Made by a program: the position numbers and the translations under genes. 59,151 bases of DNA from positions 1 to 59,151 of the IMG/VR virus record IMGVR_UViG_3300044999_000021; one strand, 5' to 3'. Position 1 is the stretch's first letter, and the number at the start of each line of letters is the position of its first letter. Shown in pieces: positions 54,121 through 59,151 of this stretch. The stretch is from a virus (taxonomy: Duplodnaviria > Caudoviricetes). Below the pieces are notes generated by a model that was given only the letters and a program-made list of their open reading frames with translations, ran no database searches and was not told the origin of the DNA.

Positions 54121-54152
54121 CAGTAACTCCTTGGGGCGAATGGTTCGGGGGT

Positions 54153-55376
54153 TCAATACGCGAGCATGTAACGGTGACGGAAAAATCCCTGCCGAGTCCG
54201 TACCCACGCTGGCTGCACGTCACCCGGCGGCATCGGCAGGTAGACACCGCTGGACGGCGGCGGCAACTGCGGCCGGATGAGCTTGTCGAGCGCATCCCAT
54301 TGGGCTTGCGTCGGAAGGCCGCTCGCCGGCGGCACGGGCGCCGGAGGAGGCGTCGGCGGAATCGGTGGCACTGGCGGGACTGGAGCGGGCGGCGGCGGCA
54401 CAGCCCCGGCCGTCATCCAGATTGCTTCGGTGCCCCACGAATACGATCCGTAGGCGATCCAGAACGTGCCGTTCGGCCCACCCCAGGAATCGCCCCATTG
54501 GTTCATCCCAAGGAACGCGCCTTTGGAGTCGTCCCAGCCGATGCATAGCACTGCGTGATCGACGCTGTTCCCGCGGCCGGACATGACCTGCGGCCACTGG
54601 TAGTTGTCGCAGCCGCTGGCGTCGAACGCGACCGAGATCGGCCCATACTGGGCCATGCAGTTCTTGATGTCCTGATCGCTCGCCGGCCCCTGCTGCTGGG
54701 AGGGAGTGCAGAACCCATAGTCGCCGATCTTGTAGACCGCCATTCCGCTGATCGGCTTCAGTCGGCCAGGGCCCCCCTGATACGGTCCGTAGTCGCTGGT
54801 GAGCGGCGCGCCCTTGTTCTTCATCCAGTCGATGACTTGCGCCTCGTCGCCGCCGCCGCAGCCGCCTTCAAATGCGCCGCTGTCCAGCCCGTACTGCGAC
54901 GACAGGCGGCCCTTCGAGGCGTCCAGCGGCAGGACTCCGGCCTTGACGAGCGCCATGGAGCAGCCGTCGAACGAACTGACCCCGAAGCAGTCGCCGCATT
55001 GCTTTTGATCGTCGGTCGGCAGCACGTTCCCGAACGCGGTCCGACAATCGAACGACGCCTGAGTGGCTTTGGGCAGATGGCCGATGCGGTGCCCGTGGCG
55101 CTTGAACGACTCGTCATGGAGAGCCTTGCGGACTGCCTCCGGGGCTGGCTTGTGGCCGCGGGGATGTTTCGCCGGAATCTGCACCGGGGCGAGCTTGAGG
55201 TTCTGGACGTTCAGCGGCGGCAGGTTGACGCCGCAGTCGCACGGGGCGGCATTCAGCGTGGCAGGAACCAGAATGTTCTGCGGCGGCTCCGGCTGCGCCG
55301 GCGTCGGCAGGGAAGCCGTCAGGCCGGCCAATCCGGCGGCGAACATCAACAGCGCGGCTTTCACTTTCCACTTCAT
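54153..55376 (-). CDS. Secreted papain-like (C1 family) cysteine peptidase, 407 aa; candidate lysin
   Basis: Signal peptide; DQKQCGDCF (Q, Cys), GCGGG, GPISVAF, DHAVLCIGW (His), MNQWGDSWG (Asn); Pro-rich tail. Confidence 0.88.
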   Translation of the reverse strand: MKWKVKAALLMFAAGLAGLTASLPTPAQPEPPQNILVPATLNAAPCDCGVNLPPLNVQNLKLAPVQIPAKHPRGHKPAPEAVRKALHDESFKRHGHRIGHLPKATQASFDCRTAFGNVLPTDDQKQCGDCFGVSSFDGCSMALVKAGVLPLDASKGRLSSQYGLDSGAFEGGCGGGDEAQVIDWMKNKGAPLTSDYGPYQGGPGRLKPISGMAVYKIGDYGFCTPSQQQGPASDQDIKNCMAQYGPISVAFDASGCDNYQWPQVMSGRGNSVDHAVLCIGWDDSKGAFLGMNQWGDSWGGPNGTFWIAYGSYSWGTEAIWMTAGAVPPPPAPVPPVPPIPPTPPPAPVPPASGLPTQAQWDALDKLIRPQLPPPSSGVYLPMPPGDVQPAWVRTRQGFFRHRYMLAY

Positions 55377-55388
55377 GAGGCAACTCCT

Positions 55389-55598
55389 TTACATGCTGGC
55401 CACTAAGCGGATGGCGAAGATGACCATGAAGGCCACCACGACGATCCAAAAGCACTGCTTGACCCAATCGGGGATGGCCACGCCGAACTTGTTCAGCGCG
55501 ACGAACATCAGCGCGATGACGGCGGCGATCATGACAATCACGATGCATAGTTCGGTGATCGACCACGACCGAACGACGAGCAGATCGGCGAGCATCAT
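55389..55598 (-). CDS. Two-TM protein (holin candidate), 69 aa
   Basis: Two long hydrophobic helices; dual Met start; precedes peptidase. Confidence 0.55.
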   Translation of the reverse strand: MMLADLLVVRSWSITELCIVIVMIAAVIALMFVALNKFGVAIPDWVKQCFWIVVVAFMVIFAIRLVASM

Positions 55599-55948
55599 GG
55601 ACCCCCTTGCGTTTCCGGCCGCTTGGCTTCCGGGCTCCCGGGAGCCGGCAGTGTGCCGTTGAGTGCTTTGATCGCTTCCTGCTTCTGCGCGGGGGGCCCG
55701 GCGAATCCGTCAATGGCAGTCCGGGCGACAACGCCGATGGCCTGCTTGTTGTCGTCGGCCTTGGCTGTCGCCTTGTCGGCCTTGACGTAGGCGAGCAAGG
55801 CAATCACGATCGGCCCGAGGAACGCGCCGACCTCGGCGACCGTCGTCACTTGGTCGGCCATTGGGACGCCAGCAACCCGCATCCCAAACACGCCGATCGT
55901 GAAGACGATGCCGATGGCTGTCAGGACATAGACCGCGGCAGCTTGCAT
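55595..55948 (-). CDS. Two-TM protein (holin candidate), 117 aa
   Basis: Two hydrophobic helices, charged C-terminal tail; GGAGG RBS. Confidence 0.55.
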   Translation of the reverse strand: MQAAAVYVLTAIGIVFTIGVFGMRVAGVPMADQVTTVAEVGAFLGPIVIALLAYVKADKATAKADDNKQAIGVVARTAIDGFAGPPAQKQEAIKALNGTLPAPGSPEAKRPETQGGP

Positions 55949-56346
55949 CAGTCTTCCTCCGCCATGCCGCCTTCGAGCTTGTACTTGCCGAGCATCACGC
56001 CCTTCATCCACTTCATGTCCGTCATCATGACCTGCTGGCCTTGGCTGTTCTGATGGAACGATTGATGGAGATAGTCCTCCATTTTCTCGAACCTCTTCGC
56101 GACCTCTTCGGTGCTTTTGTCCGAGCGGCGCTTCAACTCCTCCATGTCGCGCTCCATGCGTTCAAGCCGCGAGTCCATTTGCGAATGCGTGACGTATTGC
56201 GATCCTTCGGCCACTGGAGGCGGGAGCGGGAAGTGCGACAGGTAAATTTGCCGGCACAGCCAGTATCCCGCCAAGACGAACAGGGCGATCACCAGCCAAC
56301 CGTCCAGTCCCGCAGGGGCAGTCACGGGGAATCCGTCGGCCAGCAT
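55948..56346 (-). CDS. Single-TM coiled-coil protein (holin/antiholin-like), 132 aa
   Basis: WLVIALFVLAGYWL then YVT..RLERMERDM..RFEKM; AAGGAG RBS. Confidence 0.6.
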   Translation of the reverse strand: MLADGFPVTAPAGLDGWLVIALFVLAGYWLCRQIYLSHFPLPPPVAEGSQYVTHSQMDSRLERMERDMEELKRRSDKSTEEVAKRFEKMEDYLHQSFHQNSQGQQVMMTDMKWMKGVMLGKYKLEGGMAEED

Positions 56347-56358
56347 CTCGGCTCCTTC

Positions 56359-56742
56359 CTAAAGCGACCGCGATTCGATCGCCAGCTTCGCCTCCAGCAG
56401 CCCTCTCCGCCGCTCCTGCTCATCCCGGCCCGTGCAGAGCAACGCCTTGTTGGCGATCGCTGCGGCGTTCTGGCCTCTCTCCGTCTCCGCTCCGTCATGC
56501 CGCAAGCCGATGGCCATGACTTCCAGACGACCTTGCAACTTCCGGCGGGACTCGTGGCTGACGTCGCCGCATTCCTCCATCAGGATTCGGGCGATGGCCG
56601 CTTTCGTGGCTGGGCAATTCGTCATCGGTAGCGCATCCGCGTTTGGGGCAACGGACGGAGGCGCAGTCGTGCCGCAGATGAGGTTTGGCCATGCGCTGTG
56701 GTGATTGTTTGGGCCATGATCGCTCGGGTGGTGACTTGTCAC
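56359..56742 (-). CDS. Hypothetical protein, up to 127 aa (start uncertain)
   Basis: ORF fills gap on the operon strand. Confidence 0.4.
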   Translation of the reverse strand: MTSHHPSDHGPNNHHSAWPNLICGTTAPPSVAPNADALPMTNCPATKAAIARILMEECGDVSHESRRKLQGRLEVMAIGLRHDGAETERGQNAAAIANKALLCTGRDEQERRRGLLEAKLAIESRSL

Positions 56743-56751
56743 CTGATCCGA

Positions 56752-56792
56752 GCGTCCGGGTCGTGCCGCGTGCGCGGCGTCCGGGTCGTGCC
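56752..56792. repeat. 16-bp direct repeat GGCACGACCCGGACGC (minus strand), 9-bp spacer
   Basis: 56752-56767 equals 56777-56792; intergenic. Confidence 0.85.
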
Positions 56793-56809
56793 CTTGATTG
56801 CGACGTATC

Positions 56810-57004
56810 TTAACCGATTTCGGGGGGCACCGGCAAGCCCTTAAGTTTCGTCGTCAACACCGCCGCGTGTTTCATGTCCCTTAGAACACCGTCATTGATC
56901 CACACTTTCAGGTCAATCTCGGCCGTCACCCCGTGCTTGCGAGTGTCGCGAAGGTAACGCACCAGTATTTGGACGGGGACTTCCTCCCCCGGGAGCAATT
57001 CCAT
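56810..57004 (-). CDS. Small protein, 64 aa (DUF2292/YezD-like pattern)
   Basis: GGAGG RBS; HGVTAEIDLKVWINDGVL. Confidence 0.55.
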   Translation of the reverse strand: MELLPGEEVPVQILVRYLRDTRKHGVTAEIDLKVWINDGVLRDMKHAAVLTTKLKGLPVPPEIG

Positions 57005-57020
57005 TTTAATCCTCCATGTC

Positions 57021-58676
57021 TCAGAGGGCCTTGTGTGATTCTAGTATAGACAGCCGTTCGCGTTCCATATCGATCGCCTGCCGGATGATGAACTCGTAGA
57101 CGTTCAGCGTCGGGTCGCCGGTCAGGTCACGCGCCTGCGCCTCCAACTCGGTGAGCCGATCGGCGTATCCGAGCTTCACGGCGTTCTCGCGGAGTTGGCA
57201 GGCGAACTTGGACAGGTTCTGCTCGACCCCTTCCGGCGTGGCGTTGTCCAATTGGGTTTTCAGGGAGGCGCACCCGCAGCCGCCGGACGACTTGCCGCCG
57301 GCTTCTTCAATCAGCTTCTCCAGGGCGGTTCCTATGCCGCCTTTCTCGCGAAACGGGAGCCGGGGCGAGAACCCGATGCTGACCGTCTTCTCGCCGGCTA
57401 ACCTCCGGTCGATCGACGCCGCATATCCCGGCGTATAGGCGACCGAGTGGCAGAACTGGCAATCGTCGCGGCGGGGAAAATGTCGGCACGGACTGAATGG
57501 GCGGGCGCCCGTCGCCCCGGTGGCAGCCAGCGCGTCTGCGAGTTCGACGCCGTTGGACAGCAGCACCCAGGCTCGGTGCATGACCGCCTCTTCAGGCGTG
57601 GCCGGGCAGTGCCAGTCGATGTAGTCGCCGGCGCTGCCGGTCTGGCAACTCTGGTAACTGCCGTCCAGATTCAACGTCACGCAGGCGTTGACGCGAAAGA
57701 CGAAATTACCGAAGTTCTTCTGGTCCGGCGGGCAGTCGTAGGGGTTACATCCTTGCAAATCGTCCTGGACGCTGCATCCGTTGCAGAACGTGAAGCGGTA
57801 GTCACGCCCTAGGAGGCAGATACCGCAGTACCCTACACAACTTGGATCGTTGTTGGAGTAAGGATCGCCGGCGCAGGTGTCGGGGTTGGGAACTATCGGC
57901 ACCCAACACGACGAATCGTTGCCGAGAGGGCTGGAGCAGCAATCCACCAACGCCACGCATCGTGTGCTGATAGCGACACACTGCAAAGAGCAGGCCGGGC
58001 AAGCTGCCCTGCAACAGACGCACCCCGATGCCACAGTGCCGGCCGGGCACGGCGGCGGAGCGCTGTTGTGATAGGTGCCTCCGGTCTGGAGGACGCAATC
58101 GGCGTCGTAGTAGTACCAAGTGCAATCCGAGAATCCGTCATCTCCGACCGGTCCGCAATCGCAAGCTTTGGCCAGCAGGTTGATGTTCGCGCGAAAAAGC
58201 TGAAAGCTCGATTGCAGCCACCCAGCCCGTGGATTTCGCGTGTCGAGATGCTCGCAGTTGAACACTCCCGGAAATCCGGGGGCCGCGAGGCTGCACAGCA
58301 ACTGCGCCCCGCCGACGAACGGCCCGCAATCGGGAATCGTGTAGCCGGTCAGGTCGGGCCGCCAAATGTACTCCGTTCCGCAAAGGTACGTCGTCCAGAT
58401 CGTGCAGTGCAGCGGGTCGGTGACAATGTCGGCGCAGTGCTTGGCAGCGACGTACTGCGGGTCGGACGGGTCGAGAGCGTCAACGCGGGTCGCCGTGGAC
58501 GAGAACACCCCGCTGTCCTGCGCCTCCGGGCACGACCCGGCGGTGACAACGGTGAAGTCCATGTGCGCGGGGTAGTACCACGACCTCCCGTCGGAGGCCA
58601 TGCAGTGGAACGCCATGCAGCAGAACGTGAACGGATTCGCCGGGAACGTCTGCGTGAAGAACGATGAACACGCCAC
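57021..58676 (-). CDS. Cys-rich tail-end protein, 551 aa
   Basis: About 43 Cys by hand count; last large gene of the tail module. Confidence 0.8.
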   Translation of the reverse strand: MACSSFFTQTFPANPFTFCCMAFHCMASDGRSWYYPAHMDFTVVTAGSCPEAQDSGVFSSTATRVDALDPSDPQYVAAKHCADIVTDPLHCTIWTTYLCGTEYIWRPDLTGYTIPDCGPFVGGAQLLCSLAAPGFPGVFNCEHLDTRNPRAGWLQSSFQLFRANINLLAKACDCGPVGDDGFSDCTWYYYDADCVLQTGGTYHNSAPPPCPAGTVASGCVCCRAACPACSLQCVAISTRCVALVDCCSSPLGNDSSCWVPIVPNPDTCAGDPYSNNDPSCVGYCGICLLGRDYRFTFCNGCSVQDDLQGCNPYDCPPDQKNFGNFVFRVNACVTLNLDGSYQSCQTGSAGDYIDWHCPATPEEAVMHRAWVLLSNGVELADALAATGATGARPFSPCRHFPRRDDCQFCHSVAYTPGYAASIDRRLAGEKTVSIGFSPRLPFREKGGIGTALEKLIEEAGGKSSGGCGCASLKTQLDNATPEGVEQNLSKFACQLRENAVKLGYADRLTELEAQARDLTGDPTLNVYEFIIRQAIDMERERLSILESHKAL

Positions 58677-58679
58677 GGA

Positions 58680-59151
58680 TCAGCCCTCGTTGTCCGTGGC
58701 CGGTCCGGTTGCCGCGCAGTCCACCCGCCAAGCCCAGCCGGCTTCCGTAGTGAAGAACACCCGCCGCAGACCGTGGGTGCCGGTGCCGTCGGTCGGGTTG
58801 TAGGACAAGCCGGTGTACTTGACCTTGTGAACTGAATTGCCGTCGAGCTTGAACGGGGTACCAGGGGAAGTGTCATTGTAGATGATGGGGTTGTACACTC
58901 CGAAAACCCAGATAGCTTCGGTGAATTGGAGTCCCTGATTCGACCCTCCGGCCGTGTTCCAGCCGTTCCAGAGCTTGCACGAATAGAAGCAGACGCTGTT
59001 CGTCAGGTCGCTGAAATACGGCGTCCCCATGCCGGACACCGCGTCGAACAGGGCGTAGTCGTCTCCCCCGCCCCCACCGCCCCCGCTCATCACCAGCGCC
59101 GTCGATGTCGGGCTATCCACTGCCAGGACGAAATACCCCGTGCCCGCTCCC
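58680..59151 (-). CDS. 3' part of the junction-spanning tail-region protein (starts at 462)
   Basis: In frame with 1..462 through the 127-bp overlap. Confidence 0.85.
   Translation of the reverse strand, partial: GAGTGYFVLAVDSPTSTALVMSGGGGGGGDDYALFDAVSGMGTPYFSDLTNSVCFYSCKLWNGWNTAGGSNQGLQFTEAIWVFGVYNPIIYNDTSPGTPFKLDGNSVHKVKYTGLSYNPTDGTGTHGLRRVFFTTEAGWAWRVDCAATGPATDNEG
59025..59151. repeat. 127-bp terminal overlap, right copy
   Basis: Identical to 1-127. Confidence 0.97.

Noticed and set aside
46757-58676. Diversity-generating retroelement targeting fibre or Cys-rich genes
   Set aside because: No reverse transcriptase motif and no adenine-mismatched TR/VR pair seen
59025-59151. 127-bp terminal repeat as a biological direct terminal repeat
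   Set aside because: It falls mid-gene and 127 is a common assembler k-mer length; best read as circular assembly overlap

Overview
The window is one complete, circularly assembled temperate tailed-phage genome of about 59.0 kb. Bases 1-127 repeat as 59025-59151, and one gene reads across the join. It is GC-rich. The host is inferred to be a planctomycete (probably Gemmataceae-like) from a TIGR02996-type N-terminal remnant, a Zn-ribbon/TM/TPR moron and a Cys-rich secreted peptide. The minus strand (25911->1/59151->46202) carries the packaging, Mu-like head, non-contractile tail, putative lysis and fibre genes. The plus strand (26225->46213) carries regulators, recombination/replication genes and many small accessory ORFs. 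It is interrupted by an attP (3' half of tRNA-Val CAC) and a tyrosine integrase. The main new observation is a covarying three-way-junction + pseudoknot + G-loop-hairpin RNA element, present three times, directly upstream of the major capsid, tail tube and a tail gene. Other notable points: a secreted papain-like protease where the endolysin is expected, a GHKL-ATPase + methyltransferase cassette inside the tail operon, a very Cys-rich tail-end protein, a split terminase, a Gly-rich head-fibre fusion, and a promoter-driven structured RNA next to attP. All functional calls come from motif recognition and synteny by eye; no database searches were run.
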